DNA from: a virus
Taxonomy: Duplodnaviria; Caudoviricetes
Virus record (IMG/VR): IMGVR_UViG_3300003320_000367
Span: 4,819 to 68,818 of that record
Strand: one strand, 5' to 3'
Length of the DNA: 64,000 nt
Positions 10,132 to 20,916 of the stretch are shown here, in pieces. The stretch's first letter is position 1. Each line of letters opens with the position of its first letter. Made by a program: the position numbers and the translations under genes. A model generated the notes under the pieces. That model made no database searches and had not been told where the DNA came from. It saw nothing but the letters and a program-made list of their open reading frames with translations.

Positions 10132-10569
10132 ATGGGTGGACAGGATGCATGGGGCACGCAGTTCAAGCGTGACTCCACGGGCAGCGGGAACTTCGTGGCC
10201 GTCGCCAGCGTCACGGACATCAGCGGTCCGAGTCGCCAGCGTGAGGCCATCGAGGTCACGGCGCACGATTCGCCGAACCAGTACCGCGAGTTCGTCAAGG
10301 GCCTGAAGGACGGCGGCGAGGTCGAGCTGACCATCAACTACGACCCCGGTTCGCCGACGATCGCCGACCTGGACGACGACTTCGAGGAGGACGCGCTCCG
10401 CGACTACCAGATCGTCATCTTCCCGGCCACCATCAACGAGTGGACCTGGGACTTCAGCGGGCTCATCACCGACCTCGGCGACGAGTTCCCGCACGACGAC
10501 AAGATGGAGCGGTCGGTCACCTTCAAGATCTCCGGCAAGCCGACCCTGACGCCGACTGCCGGCAGCTGA
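10132..10569 (+). CDS. major tail (tube) protein
   Basis: EVTAHDS...EFVKGLKDGGEVELTINYDP and FKISGKP motifs. Confidence 0.88.
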   Translation: MGGQDAWGTQFKRDSTGSGNFVAVASVTDISGPSRQREAIEVTAHDSPNQYREFVKGLKDGGEVELTINYDPGSPTIADLDDDFEEDALRDYQIVIFPATINEWTWDFSGLITDLGDEFPHDDKMERSVTFKISGKPTLTPTAGS

Positions 10570-10588
10570 GCAGCGAGGAACAAGAACA

Positions 10589-10999
10589 ATGGCACTGGTA
10601 ACGAAGCAGCAGATCTCCGAGGCTGTCGACCGCAAGTGGGAGGACGTGCCGGTCCCCGAGTGGGGCGGCGACGTGCGACTCATGGAGCTGTCGGCCTCCG
10701 ACCGGGGATACATCGAGGCGGGCTCGGTCGTCGCCAACGGCCAGACGCCGCAGCTCAAGGTCGAGTCGCTCAAGGTGTACCGCGAGAAGCTCGTGGGCAT
10801 GTCCATGGTCGACGAGAACTTCGAGCGGGTGTACTCCAACAAGGAGATCGCAGCCGGGGCTCTGGCCAACAAGTCCGGTGCCATCATCGAGAAGCTGGCC
10901 GCCAAGGTTCAGGAGCTCTCGGGCATGGGCCGGTTCGCCGTGAAGGAAGCCGAGGGAAACTCCGACGCCGCCCCGAGCGACTCTTCCGCTTCCGCCTAG
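10589..10999 (+). CDS. tail assembly chaperone; -1 frameshift extension to 11292
   Basis: Between tail tube and tape measure genes; slippery GGGAAAC at 10954-10960; -1 frame open to 11292 encoding ELTEWIAFEKITGPLG. Confidence 0.85.
   Translation: MALVTKQQISEAVDRKWEDVPVPEWGGDVRLMELSASDRGYIEAGSVVANGQTPQLKVESLKVYREKLVGMSMVDENFERVYSNKEIAAGALANKSGAIIEKLAAKVQELSGMGRFAVKEAEGNSDAAPSDSSASA
10954..10960 (+). other. programmed -1 ribosomal frameshift site G GGA AAC
   Basis: X XXY YYZ heptamer near the chaperone end; -1 frame gives the typical long chaperone. Confidence 0.8.
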
Positions 11000-11284
11000 C
11001 GGAGCACCTCGGGATGACGGTGGCCGATCTGGACCATCGCCTGAGCTCCACAGAGCTGACCGAGTGGATCGCGTTCGAGAAGATCACGGGTCCACTCGGT
11101 CGGCGTCGGTCGGATATCCAGGCGGCCACCATAGCGGCCACTGTAGCGAACGCGAATCGCGGCAAGGGCGGCAGGAAGTTCAAGATGTCGGACTTCCTGA
11201 TTCCATACGGAGAACAGCGCAAGACTCCCGAGCAGATGCTCGAGACGATCAAGAGCCTTAACCGGTCGATGGGAGGTGAAGAGC

Positions 11285-12874
11285 ATGGCTGATGTGACGA
11301 TCGATATCGATGCGAATATGGGTAACACATCCGCAACGATCAACGACGCATCCAACAGCCTTGACGATCTCGGCGACGCCGCCAACTCAGCGGGTGGCGA
11401 CCTCGACCAGGCTGGCAACTCGGCACAGGACGCCGGTGGCCGACTCGGAGCGGTCGGAGCCGGAGCCATCGGCGCGAGCGCTGCGTTCGCCAACATGAAC
11501 GACATCGTTGGTCAGGCTGTCGACCTGTGGCACCAGGGCGACCAGCGAGCCGACGATCTGGCGCGTGCACAGAACGACGTGGCGCAGGCAGCGCTCGACG
11601 TCAAGCAGGCCAACCAGGACATGCGCCAGTCTCAGATCGACGCGAACCAGGCTCAGGCCGACGGTGCTCAGGCTGGCATCGACCTGGAGCAGGCTCTGCT
11701 TGACCAGAAGAAGGCCCAGCAGGACTACAACGACGCCGTCAAGAAGTACGGAGCCGACTCGCTGGAGGCCCAGCAGGCCGCCATCGACCTGAAGCAGGCA
11801 GATCAGGACGCCAAGCAGGCCAAGATCGACGGCAAGCAGGCGACCGAGGACTACAGCCAGGCACAGCTCGACGGCAAGCAGGCTGCGATCGATGCCAAGG
11901 GTGCACAGCTCGACCTCAACGAGGCGCAGCGGAACGTCACGAGCGCGTCTGTGATGGACGGATGGTTCGGCGTCATCTCGCAGGTCGGCACCGCGCTGTT
12001 TGGCCTCATAGGCACGTTCGCTCTGTTCGGCACGGAGACTGTGGCCACAGCTGCTACCGCTGTTGGCTCGGCCATCGCCACGGCTGCTGCATGGGTCGGT
12101 TCCTGGATCTTGATGGCTGCCAGCGCGCTTGCGAGCGCGGCCTCGATGGCTGCTGCATGGCTCCTGTCCATCTGGCCGATCGCGCTTATCATCGCGGCCG
12201 TCGCCGGTCTCGTCGCCCTGATCATCATTTACTGGGACGACATCAAGGAATGGACCATCAAGATCTTCACCGCCGTCTGGAACTGGCTCAAGGGCCTGTG
12301 GGACGACATTGTTGATATCTTCTGGTGGGCCGTTGGAATGGCCAAGTCCATCTTCCTGAACTTCACCCCGCTCGGAATCATCATCAAGAACTGGGGCGCC
12401 ATATCCGGCTGGATCTACAACCAGTGGAAGGGGATCTCGTCCACTGTCGGCGGATGGGTGAAGCACATCAAGGGCTTCTTCAGCGGAATGTGGGATGGTG
12501 TCGTTTCCGGCCTGAAGTGGGCTCTGAACGGAATCATCGGCCTGCTGAACGACGGCATCTACGGTGTGAACGTCCTGATCTCCGGTGCCAACCGAATCCC
12601 CGGAGTCAACATCGGATTCATCCCATACATTCCGTACCTGGCAGAGGGTGGCGTCACGACCGGGCCGACAATGGCCATGATCGGTGAAGGTCGCGAGCAG
12701 GAAGCCGTGCTCCCGCTTAGCAAGCTTCAGGGTATGCTGAACATGGCTGGCAGCGGCGGCGGACAGGTCGTCGTGTTCGAGCTTCGCGGCGGAAGCCGTG
12801 CGTTCAGGGAGTTCTTCCAGGAGTCTGTTCGTACGACATCTGGTAAGAGCGTGATCAAGTTTGCGGAGGGATAA
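11285..12874 (+). CDS. tape measure protein (short, about 529 aa)
   Basis: Q/A/D coiled coil then amphipathic W/I/A repeats; C-terminal IPYLAEGGV and EAVLPL; follows the chaperone. Confidence 0.88.
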   Translation: MADVTIDIDANMGNTSATINDASNSLDDLGDAANSAGGDLDQAGNSAQDAGGRLGAVGAGAIGASAAFANMNDIVGQAVDLWHQGDQRADDLARAQNDVAQAALDVKQANQDMRQSQIDANQAQADGAQAGIDLEQALLDQKKAQQDYNDAVKKYGADSLEAQQAAIDLKQADQDAKQAKIDGKQATEDYSQAQLDGKQAAIDAKGAQLDLNEAQRNVTSASVMDGWFGVISQVGTALFGLIGTFALFGTETVATAATAVGSAIATAAAWVGSWILMAASALASAASMAAAWLLSIWPIALIIAAVAGLVALIIIYWDDIKEWTIKIFTAVWNWLKGLWDDIVDIFWWAVGMAKSIFLNFTPLGIIIKNWGAISGWIYNQWKGISSTVGGWVKHIKGFFSGMWDGVVSGLKWALNGIIGLLNDGIYGVNVLISGANRIPGVNIGFIPYIPYLAEGGVTTGPTMAMIGEGREQEAVLPLSKLQGMLNMAGSGGGQVVVFELRGGSRAFREFFQESVRTTSGKSVIKFAEG

Positions 12875-12876
12875 CA

Positions 12877-15800
12877 GTGGTGAGTCTGCCGCCCACTACT
12901 CGCGGTGAGCTGTTCTACGACGGTGCATGGAACAACGCATCCATAAGGCAGACGTCTGAGATCACCATCACTCGCGGCCTGTCTTCGGAGTCGACAACGT
13001 CGGCCGACCCGATGTCGTGCGAATGCGACCTCGACAGTCGCGACTTCCTGTACGCCCCTCGCAACCCAGAGAGCCCTCTGTTCGGCAAGGTGGGTCGCAA
13101 CACACCGTTCCGTCTCCGGATCGAGGCTGGAGGTCCGTACTTCACCTCGGCCGGGACGACGGGCGTGTTCTCGTTCTCGACGCCGGACAACGCAGCGTTC
13201 GACACGACTGGCGACCTCGACCTTCGCATGGACTGCAAGGCCGACGACTGGTACAGCGCTATGACGTACTGCGTCAGGTACACACCTGGCACGGTCGCGT
13301 TCGCGTTGGCCTCCAACAGCGCTGGCTACTTGTACTTCTGGTGGACGCCTGCCAGCGGAACCCGATACGCCAAGTCGACCGTTCCGCTGTCCCTGGCGAA
13401 CGGAGAGCGCGCTGTCATCCGCGTCACCGTGGACGTCGACAACGGGAGCAGCGAGTCCGAGGTTCGCTTCTGGATCTCCAAGGACGTCAATGCAGAGAAC
13501 TGGACGCTGCTTGGCGACTCCGTCACGCAGGCCACGGCCGCTCCGTTCCAGAACATCTCCGGATCCATCTACGTGGCCGACAACCAGCTGTCGCTCCTCC
13601 CCGACGGCTCGTCCGGCACCGACCGTTTCCGTGGAGAGGTCTACGCCTTCCAGCTCTGGGACGGTGTCAACGATCAGCTCAAGGTCGACCTCGAGATCGG
13701 ACGCGATGGCGTGGCCGGTGGCACGACGCTCGTCGACGGAACCGGCTTCACATGGACGCGGTCCGGCGTGTCGTCGTTCTCCAACAAGTACTACAGGGCG
13801 GTCGGAGAGGTTCCTTCCTGGCCTCCGACGCGGAACCTGACCGGCAGCGACAACTACGTCTCCATCGCTCCTACTGGCATCACTCGACGCATGGATGCCG
13901 GCAACAAGCCTGTCGACTCCGCGCTGCTCCGCTTCATCAAGGACCAGAGCCCGGTTGAGTGCTGGCCGCTCACAGACGGCCCGAGCTCGACGGTCGCCAA
14001 GTCCCTCGTCGGCGGACAGGACATGCAGATCCTGTTCGACCCCGACAACGACAACGGAGACCCGCAGAAGCTTGCAGGCGGATCGCTGGCGGACTGGATC
14101 GAGCCGGTCATCGCCTTCCCGCCCGAGTCCAACGGAACCATCGCTGGCAAGGTGCCGCGCGTCGCCACGCAGACGCACACGGACATCGACTTCTTCATCA
14201 CCGGCGGAGGATCGCGGTCCGATGGCGGATTCAGGATCATCGACGAGGGTGCGGGTACCAACACCGATCCTCAGATCGAGATCTTCATGGAGACGTACGG
14301 TGCCGGTGGAACCGTCGGAACGCTCCCGACGACATGGACATATCGAGACGATAACGGTTCGTCCATCGGATTGCTGTTCAGCCCGAACCCCGACGCAAAC
14401 ATCTACAACGATACGAATCCGCACCACATCAGGCTCCACTTCGAGCCGGGTTCTAGCAGCACGCTCGTCGAGCTGTATGTCGACGGTGCATTCGTAACAA
14501 ATGGGACGCTTGCATTCGGCATGCAGCCGATCAAGACGATCAAGTACGGAGCCGGATACACGACACCCGCGAATCCGCCGACGATGACCGACAGGTCTCT
14601 TGGATACTTCACGTACTGGGAGAGCGCTAGCGCTCCGACGGTTACGCAGATGTACCAGGCCATGCTCGGATTCCCCGGCGAGACGACGGGCGAGCGCATC
14701 CTCCGGCTTGCGGCTGAAAACGGCTACACGGCCTCTGTAAGCGGAGATAACGCCGACCAGGCAACCCTGGGCCTTCAGGACCGCGACAAGCTGCTAGCGC
14801 TGTTGCAGGAGGCTTCGGACTCCGACTTCGGATACCTCCTCGAACGTCGCGACGCGCTCGAGATCTACCATCGCGGGCAGAGCACGCTCTGGAACCAGGC
14901 TCCTGTCATAGAGCTGGACTTCTCAGCGGGCCTGATCTCGAAGCCGTTCAAGCCGGTCGACGACGACAAGCTGACAGAGAACGACGTCTCCGTGTCGGCC
15001 AAGCGCAGGAGCATCCCGTCTCGCAACATCCTGGAGACCGGATCGATGTCTGTGCAGGATCCGCCTGATGGCGTTGGCCGATACGACAACTCGTACGAGT
15101 ACAGCTACGACACAGACCTCCAGGCTGCCAACGCATCGTACATGCGGCTCAGCATGGGCACGTATGATGGCGTGCGGTACACACGCATCACGCTCAATCT
15201 CGCCAACGAGCGTGTGTACGCAATGCTGCACAAGATCCTGCGAGCCGATGTTGGCGACATCATCAGGCTGACCAACATCCCCAAGGACCATGGCCCTGGC
15301 CCGGTCGACGTGATGATCCAGGGCTACGAGGAAGTCATCGCACCCGACCAGTGGACGATCACGTTCAACTGCAGGCCTGGTGCCCCGTGGACCGCTGGAC
15401 AGGTGTACCTGCTCGGTGAGAAGAATCCGTTCGTCTGGATCGACACGGCCGGTTGCGTGTCGGGTGACACGGCCGACACGACGCAGCGACAGATCGACCT
15501 GTACACGACCGCCGACTACGAGTGGACGTCGGATCTGGCGCACAGCCCGTACGACGTGCGCGTCGGCGGCGAGGTGATGACCGTCCTGGGTCCGCAGGGT
15601 CCGATCCTGACCGAGTCCCTGTTCGACACGAGCATCTCGCCGTGGACGAGCCAGAACGGTTCGAGCGTGTGGTCGGACGCCGTAGTCCATCCGCATCCTC
15701 GTGCCCGTGGCTCGCTCAAGTTCACGCCGTCCGGAGGCTTCAGCGCTGGAGGTCCGCTGTCGGAGCTCTCCGCTGTCGGCACCATCACTCCGTCGGTGAC

Positions 15801-16788
15801 GTACGCCATCGGCTACTGGGTGTACTCGGTCAACGGTCTGTCCGACTTCCGTGCAGTTGCGGACTGGTACGACTCCGCCGGGACATATCTGTCCACCTCT
15901 GGCGCCACGGCTACCAACGCGCCTGCGAAGACATGGACATATGTCTCGGCTACTGCTGCCGCTCCTGCGAACGCGAGTCGATACCGGATGCGTGCAAGGT
16001 ATGGCGTCGCAACAACTGCAAGCGACGTCTACTACATCTGGGCTCCCCGTCTGACGCTCGTGAGCGCATCTGCGATCTACGACACATTCACGAGGACGCA
16101 GGCCGACACCTGGGGGACCAGCGACTCGGGAGACGTCTGGGGATTCTCGGGCGGAGCCGCTGCCGACTACGACACGACCGGCTCGGCTGGTACGCATACG
16201 TGCACAGCCGTCAACTCGTCTCGCTACAGTTACATCCCGGTCGGACATCTCGACCAGGACGTCAAGGTCACCGTCTCGACTCCCGCGCTCGCCACGGGAG
16301 GTCCGCACTACGTAGGACCTGTTGTTCGATTCACCGACTTCGACAACAACTACACGTGCAGGCTCGTGTTCAACACGAATCAGACGGTTCAGATCAAGAT
16401 CAACAAGCGCGTTGCAGGAACGCAAACAGACATCACAACCGTGAACCTCCCATGGACGCATTCAGCAGGAGGTGTGTTCGCTGTTCGTATGCGTATCGAT
16501 GGATCGCGAATCAGGGCCAAGGCATGGCCGACGTCTGGATCGACGGAGCCGACTGCATGGCACGTTGACGTGGTGGATACGGATCTTCCCAACGGAAGCA
16601 ATGTCGGAGTTCGAACTACGCTCGACAGCGCAAACACCAACACGCTTCCGTTCGTGATCTCGTACTGGCAGTTCGAGACTATCAGCAATCAGAGGTTCAG
16701 CGTCACGAGGTCGGAGAACAACGTCGTCAAGAGCCACGTGACCGGCGAAGACGCTAGGCTTGCAATTCCGGCTTACGTACAGATGTAG
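12877..16788 (+). CDS. large minor tail/baseplate protein with probable carbohydrate-binding domains
   Basis: 1303 aa, T/S/G-rich beta-type sequence, directly after the tape measure gene. Confidence 0.8.
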   Translation: MVSLPPTTRGELFYDGAWNNASIRQTSEITITRGLSSESTTSADPMSCECDLDSRDFLYAPRNPESPLFGKVGRNTPFRLRIEAGGPYFTSAGTTGVFSFSTPDNAAFDTTGDLDLRMDCKADDWYSAMTYCVRYTPGTVAFALASNSAGYLYFWWTPASGTRYAKSTVPLSLANGERAVIRVTVDVDNGSSESEVRFWISKDVNAENWTLLGDSVTQATAAPFQNISGSIYVADNQLSLLPDGSSGTDRFRGEVYAFQLWDGVNDQLKVDLEIGRDGVAGGTTLVDGTGFTWTRSGVSSFSNKYYRAVGEVPSWPPTRNLTGSDNYVSIAPTGITRRMDAGNKPVDSALLRFIKDQSPVECWPLTDGPSSTVAKSLVGGQDMQILFDPDNDNGDPQKLAGGSLADWIEPVIAFPPESNGTIAGKVPRVATQTHTDIDFFITGGGSRSDGGFRIIDEGAGTNTDPQIEIFMETYGAGGTVGTLPTTWTYRDDNGSSIGLLFSPNPDANIYNDTNPHHIRLHFEPGSSSTLVELYVDGAFVTNGTLAFGMQPIKTIKYGAGYTTPANPPTMTDRSLGYFTYWESASAPTVTQMYQAMLGFPGETTGERILRLAAENGYTASVSGDNADQATLGLQDRDKLLALLQEASDSDFGYLLERRDALEIYHRGQSTLWNQAPVIELDFSAGLISKPFKPVDDDKLTENDVSVSAKRRSIPSRNILETGSMSVQDPPDGVGRYDNSYEYSYDTDLQAANASYMRLSMGTYDGVRYTRITLNLANERVYAMLHKILRADVGDIIRLTNIPKDHGPGPVDVMIQGYEEVIAPDQWTITFNCRPGAPWTAGQVYLLGEKNPFVWIDTAGCVSGDTADTTQRQIDLYTTADYEWTSDLAHSPYDVRVGGEVMTVLGPQGPILTESLFDTSISPWTSQNGSSVWSDAVVHPHPRARGSLKFTPSGGFSAGGPLSELSAVGTITPSVTYAIGYWVYSVNGLSDFRAVADWYDSAGTYLSTSGATATNAPAKTWTYVSATAAAPANASRYRMRARYGVATTASDVYYIWAPRLTLVSASAIYDTFTRTQADTWGTSDSGDVWGFSGGAAADYDTTGSAGTHTCTAVNSSRYSYIPVGHLDQDVKVTVSTPALATGGPHYVGPVVRFTDFDNNYTCRLVFNTNQTVQIKINKRVAGTQTDITTVNLPWTHSAGGVFAVRMRIDGSRIRAKAWPTSGSTEPTAWHVDVVDTDLPNGSNVGVRTTLDSANTNTLPFVISYWQFETISNQRFSVTRSENNVVKSHVTGEDARLAIPAYVQM

Positions 16789-16801
16789 TAGGAGGTGCAC
16801 G

Positions 16802-17215
16802 ATGCGGAAGCTTGCCGGCATGCGGCTCACGGCCGATCTGCTCAACGACAACACGGCTGACGAGGAAGTCACGACTGGTGTAACTGCAGCGACAGACTTC
16901 ACGGTGTCCGACTTCATCGGTCGCAAGGTGAACGGCATGACGTTCATCACTGTGACCTTCAACAGGACCGGAGCGACGATCCCCGAGACGTCCGCCGGAT
17001 CCGGAAACATCGGCGACACCACGGCCGGAACTCTTCCTGTTGGATGGCGTCCGCAGGAGCTGATCGAGGCCATGTGGGATTCCGGCTTCAACGATGGTGG
17101 CGCCACGATCAATTCCAGCGGCACCATCACGCTCAGGACGACGTCCGGAAGCTCCGGGGTTGGTAACGGCCACAATCCGCGAATCACCGCGATGTGGATC
17201 AGCGAGAACGGATAA
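16802..17215 (+). CDS. minor tail protein
   Basis: GGAGG SD; AGMRLTADLLN start typical of actinophage minor tail proteins. Confidence 0.7.
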   Translation: MRKLAGMRLTADLLNDNTADEEVTTGVTAATDFTVSDFIGRKVNGMTFITVTFNRTGATIPETSAGSGNIGDTTAGTLPVGWRPQELIEAMWDSGFNDGGATINSSGTITLRTTSGSSGVGNGHNPRITAMWISENG

Positions 17216-17223
17216 GGAGAATC

Positions 17224-17466
17224 ATGGCATATGGCTCGGCAACTCCTGGTGCGAATCCTGAGCTGACTGCAAGGTTCAATGCTTCGACGACTGGCGGATA
17301 CTCGCTGTCGATCGACTGTTCTGTCTTCGCAGACAATTCCGGCACCGACGGCATCGACCAGGTGTTCCAGGAATTCATCGACCATGTCGCGTCCAATCCG
17401 AAGTTCTCATTCGTGTACGGACAGAAGAAGCAGAACCAGGTTCAGCAGATAACTCCGACTCCGTAA
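17224..17466 (+). CDS. hypothetical protein (tail module)
   Basis: AAGGAG SD before ATG 17224. Confidence 0.65.
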   Translation: MAYGSATPGANPELTARFNASTTGGYSLSIDCSVFADNSGTDGIDQVFQEFIDHVASNPKFSFVYGQKKQNQVQQITPTP

Positions 17467-17535
17467 GCACCGCAGAAAGCGCGGTCTGAAAGCATGAGAT
17501 AGGATTCTCGGGGTCAGCTGAAAGGAGCCTGCGCG

Positions 17536-17742
17536 ATGTCAACACCGCAGCACGATGACTCGGTTCCCGAGCGTCTCGCGAGAATCGAGACCAAGGTGGA
17601 CCAGATCCTGGAACGGACCCGAGAGGACAGGACCGACTTCCGATCCAGGATCAGGGCGTTGGAGTACTGGCGCTACGGGACAGGAGCGGCCGTGATCGCC
17701 TCTGTCGTGAATCTGATCCCCGGTTCAACCCCGAAGGGCTGA
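17536..17742 (+). CDS. small membrane protein (coiled coil plus C-terminal TM) next to lysis genes
   Basis: LARIETKVDQIL coil followed by a hydrophobic tail. Confidence 0.65.
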   Translation: MSTPQHDDSVPERLARIETKVDQILERTREDRTDFRSRIRALEYWRYGTGAAVIASVVNLIPGSTPKG

Positions 17743-17907
17743 GAGCCCGCGTAAGGCCCGAACGGCTGCCTGTGAGGCCCGCGTACCGACCCTGAGCTAC
17801 GGGGCCGCGTAGCGGGCCTCTACGGCCGTTTACGGATGCTCTCCGGGGAAGCCCTTCGGGTAAGATTGAAGACGGAACACGAATCGGGGGAGAAAGCAGG
17901 TGGCAAC

Positions 17908-18879
17908 ATGGCAAGTCCGATGAGTGCAAGCGCGCTCGTGACGGTGCTCCGTGCAGAGGGAGTCATCGTCAAGACGCCTCGCTCCGGATGGGCCACGCAC
18001 GAGCGAGACGACGAAACCGGCAAGACATTCGGCCCGGTCAACGGCGTCCTCATCCACCACACAGCGGGGCACGGCGACTTCAACGTCGTGTACGACGGAA
18101 ACTCGTCTCTCCCCGGACCTCGTGCACACGTCTACATCAACAAGGCTGGCGAAGCGCTCATGTGCTCCGCCGGACGTGCGAACCATGCAGGCGGCGGAGA
18201 CCCGAACGTTCTGCAACAGGTCATCAACGAGTCCTACGGCACGAAGCCCAGCGCGACGCAGTACCACGAGGGTTCGCCGGGTGCAGCCGACGGCAACGAC
18301 CACTTCTACGGGTTCGAGTGCGAGAACCTGGGAGACGGCAAGGACCCGTGGCCGCATGTGCAGTACGTGGCCATGGTTAAGGCGACCGTCGCGATCCTCC
18401 GTCACTACGGATGGACCGAGAAGTCCTGCATCGGCCACCTGGAGTGGTCGAACTGGAAGCCGGACCCGCGAGGCTTCACGATGGCCCAGTTCCGTGCAGA
18501 CGTCAAGGCTGCACTCGCACTCCCTGCCGGCAAGTGGCAGGCGACCCCGTCCGACACCAACACCGGAGGTAGCACCGTGGCCCTCAGCGAGGACGACATC
18601 CACAACATCTTCTACGCGGACATCGTGCCCGCGCAGGAGCCGCCCTACAACAACTCCGACTGGGAGCAGGGCAACAAGACCTGGACGTTCAAGTACACCC
18701 TGTACACGATCGTCAAGGCCGGTCGCGAGGCGCTCGCCAAGCTGACCGCGATCCTGGACGACACGGCCGCGATCAAGACCTCGCTCGGGTCGATCTCGTC
18801 CACCGGACTGACGGAGGCGCAGATGGACGCGCTCGCCGACAAGGTCGCCGACAAGCTCGCCGCGCGACTGAAGGACTAG
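17908..18879 (+). CDS. endolysin, N-acetylmuramoyl-L-alanine amidase (Amidase_2)
   Basis: VLIHHTAG, GRANHAG, YGFECEN, IGHLEW and DPRG motifs. Confidence 0.9.
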   Translation: MASPMSASALVTVLRAEGVIVKTPRSGWATHERDDETGKTFGPVNGVLIHHTAGHGDFNVVYDGNSSLPGPRAHVYINKAGEALMCSAGRANHAGGGDPNVLQQVINESYGTKPSATQYHEGSPGAADGNDHFYGFECENLGDGKDPWPHVQYVAMVKATVAILRHYGWTEKSCIGHLEWSNWKPDPRGFTMAQFRADVKAALALPAGKWQATPSDTNTGGSTVALSEDDIHNIFYADIVPAQEPPYNNSDWEQGNKTWTFKYTLYTIVKAGREALAKLTAILDDTAAIKTSLGSISSTGLTEAQMDALADKVADKLAARLKD

Positions 18880-18890
18880 CAGGAGGCACC

Positions 18891-19127
18891 ATGGCTCTCA
18901 GCACCAAGAACAAGAAGGTCATCAGAACCGTCATCCAGACGGCCGTCGGAATCGCCGTGGCTCTGCCCGGCCTGATCAACGCCTCGGGGCTCGACCAGTC
19001 GCTCCCCTGGGTGGCGGGTGCTCTCGCGGCATCCGCAGTCGTGACGCGGATCATGGCCATCCCGGCCGTCCAGAAGCTCCTGGGCGGGCTCAGCACCGAG
19101 GAAGAGGACAAGGTCCTCCAGAAGTAG
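18891..19127 (+). CDS. holin
   Basis: Two hydrophobic helices and a charged C-terminus; RTVIQTAVG and AVVTRIMAIPAV; follows the endolysin. Confidence 0.8.
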   Translation: MALSTKNKKVIRTVIQTAVGIAVALPGLINASGLDQSLPWVAGALAASAVVTRIMAIPAVQKLLGGLSTEEEDKVLQK

Positions 19128-19137
19128 GAGAAGTGAC

Positions 19138-20916
19138 ATGCCGATCCCCGTGGGGGTGGAAACCGTAACGGTGTCCAGCGGAGAGCCTCTTACGCTCCCC
19201 GATGGAACGCTGTACAAGGGCCACATCCGGTTCACAGCACCAGACCTGGCAGTCGTCCCCGGCGACGACTTCACCCTCGGGGGAGAGGCTGTCGCCGAAC
19301 TCGTCGACGGTGAATTCTCCATCACGCTCGTTCCGCAGGACGCCACAGGCATCGCTCCGACCGGATGGTCGTACACGATAGTCGGGGAATTCAGCAACGC
19401 ACCGGGCTGGACTCGATATGCGGTCCTGAGCAAAGACAGCCCGAGCGTTGTTCTGTCGGACATCCTGGATGCCACATCCACCGATCCCGCTCTGTCGAGC
19501 AGCTCTGTCTTCAAGAGCCAGGCCCTGAACTACATCGGCCTGGACACGGGCATCATCGAGGGTGGCGAGCTCAACGCCAACGCCATCAGCCCGCTCTCGC
19601 TCGACATCTCAGACACCAACGGCATCATCGTCGACTACGAGACCGATCCGCACGCTCCGGTCGTCACCGAGATCGCCTTCACCGCGCAGACCGTGGCCCT
19701 GGCCGACGCCACGAAGCCTGTGACCTGGTGGATGATTAGCAGCGCTGGTGCGGTCGTTCAGCAGACGACGAGGCCGACCAACACGCAGCGACGCACGCAC
19801 ATCCAGCTCGGTGCAACCGTCACCGATGGCACGTCGATCATCGTCGACCAGTCCATCCCGACGATCCTGCCGCAGCCGACCAACCAGCTGTACGACCTGA
19901 TGGACGCCATCGGTCCATTCAACATCACGGGCAACAGGCTGTCGGCTGCCAGCACCAATCTCACGCTCGCCAAGGAGAGCGGCAGCGTCTTCTCGCGAGG
20001 CTTCAACCACTTCGCCGGTGCAACGCTCACGAGCGATCCGCACGTGTCCTCGGTGGCGGCTCAGAACCCCGTCTCGATGCGATACGTCACCAGGACGCCC
20101 GCACCGGCAACGGCTCCCGTCACCAGCGTCATCCCTGGCAGCTACGACGTAGGCGGAGTCATCACGGCGATCCCAGGAGCAGGAACGGTCGCGACGATCC
20201 AGCGCGTTTTCCTGTTCCCCGAGAACTCTGTCACGCAGCAGATCGTCGTCCAGTACGGCCAGACGGTATACAGTAGCCTCGATGCTGCTGTTGCTGGCAT
20301 CAACACCGTGGCATACGTGAAGAATCCAGTGAACGAGTCTGGCGTCCTGATCGGCTATTTGGTCATGACGAAGAACTGCTCCAACCTCAGCAACTCCAAC
20401 CAGGCTCGCATCATCGCTGCTTCGCGTTTCAGCGAGAATCCGGCCGGTGTGTCGACCACCCTCGCTCTGGCTCTCGCCCTGACCGGCGGAACGATGACCG
20501 GCACGATCAACGCCACGTTGGCCACAGCGGCGACCGTCGCGCTGGCAAGCCTGGTGACCGGAGACACGTTCGACAGGTACAGGCGTTACGCCGACGGTCT
20601 CCAGGAATGGGGTCCCGGCAACGCGAGTCGTGACACGAACCTCTATCGCGGCGCTGCCGACAGGCTCCAGACAGACGACACCTTCCGCATCGGTGCGGCC
20701 GGAACGCTTGAGCTCGGGTCGTCCGGAGACGTCAACCTGTACCGGGCCGCAGCAAACCGTCTGGCGACAGACGACGTATTCGTTGCAGGTGCGGGGCTCG
20801 GAGTTGGCAACTCCGCCCTGGCCACGACGCCAGGCTCTGTCGTGCGCAAGATCGAGGTGTTCGACGCTGCCGGGGCAAGTCTCGGATTCATCCCGGTGTA
20901 CAGCAGCATCGCATGA
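19138..20916 (+). CDS. tail fibre / receptor-binding-like protein
   Basis: 592 aa, T/S/A-rich; N-terminal anchor-like domain; repeated DTNLYRGAADRLQTDD / DVNLYRAAANRLATDD. Confidence 0.65.
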   Translation: MPIPVGVETVTVSSGEPLTLPDGTLYKGHIRFTAPDLAVVPGDDFTLGGEAVAELVDGEFSITLVPQDATGIAPTGWSYTIVGEFSNAPGWTRYAVLSKDSPSVVLSDILDATSTDPALSSSSVFKSQALNYIGLDTGIIEGGELNANAISPLSLDISDTNGIIVDYETDPHAPVVTEIAFTAQTVALADATKPVTWWMISSAGAVVQQTTRPTNTQRRTHIQLGATVTDGTSIIVDQSIPTILPQPTNQLYDLMDAIGPFNITGNRLSAASTNLTLAKESGSVFSRGFNHFAGATLTSDPHVSSVAAQNPVSMRYVTRTPAPATAPVTSVIPGSYDVGGVITAIPGAGTVATIQRVFLFPENSVTQQIVVQYGQTVYSSLDAAVAGINTVAYVKNPVNESGVLIGYLVMTKNCSNLSNSNQARIIAASRFSENPAGVSTTLALALALTGGTMTGTINATLATAATVALASLVTGDTFDRYRRYADGLQEWGPGNASRDTNLYRGAADRLQTDDTFRIGAAGTLELGSSGDVNLYRAAANRLATDDVFVAGAGLGVGNSALATTPGSVVRKIEVFDAAGASLGFIPVYSSIA

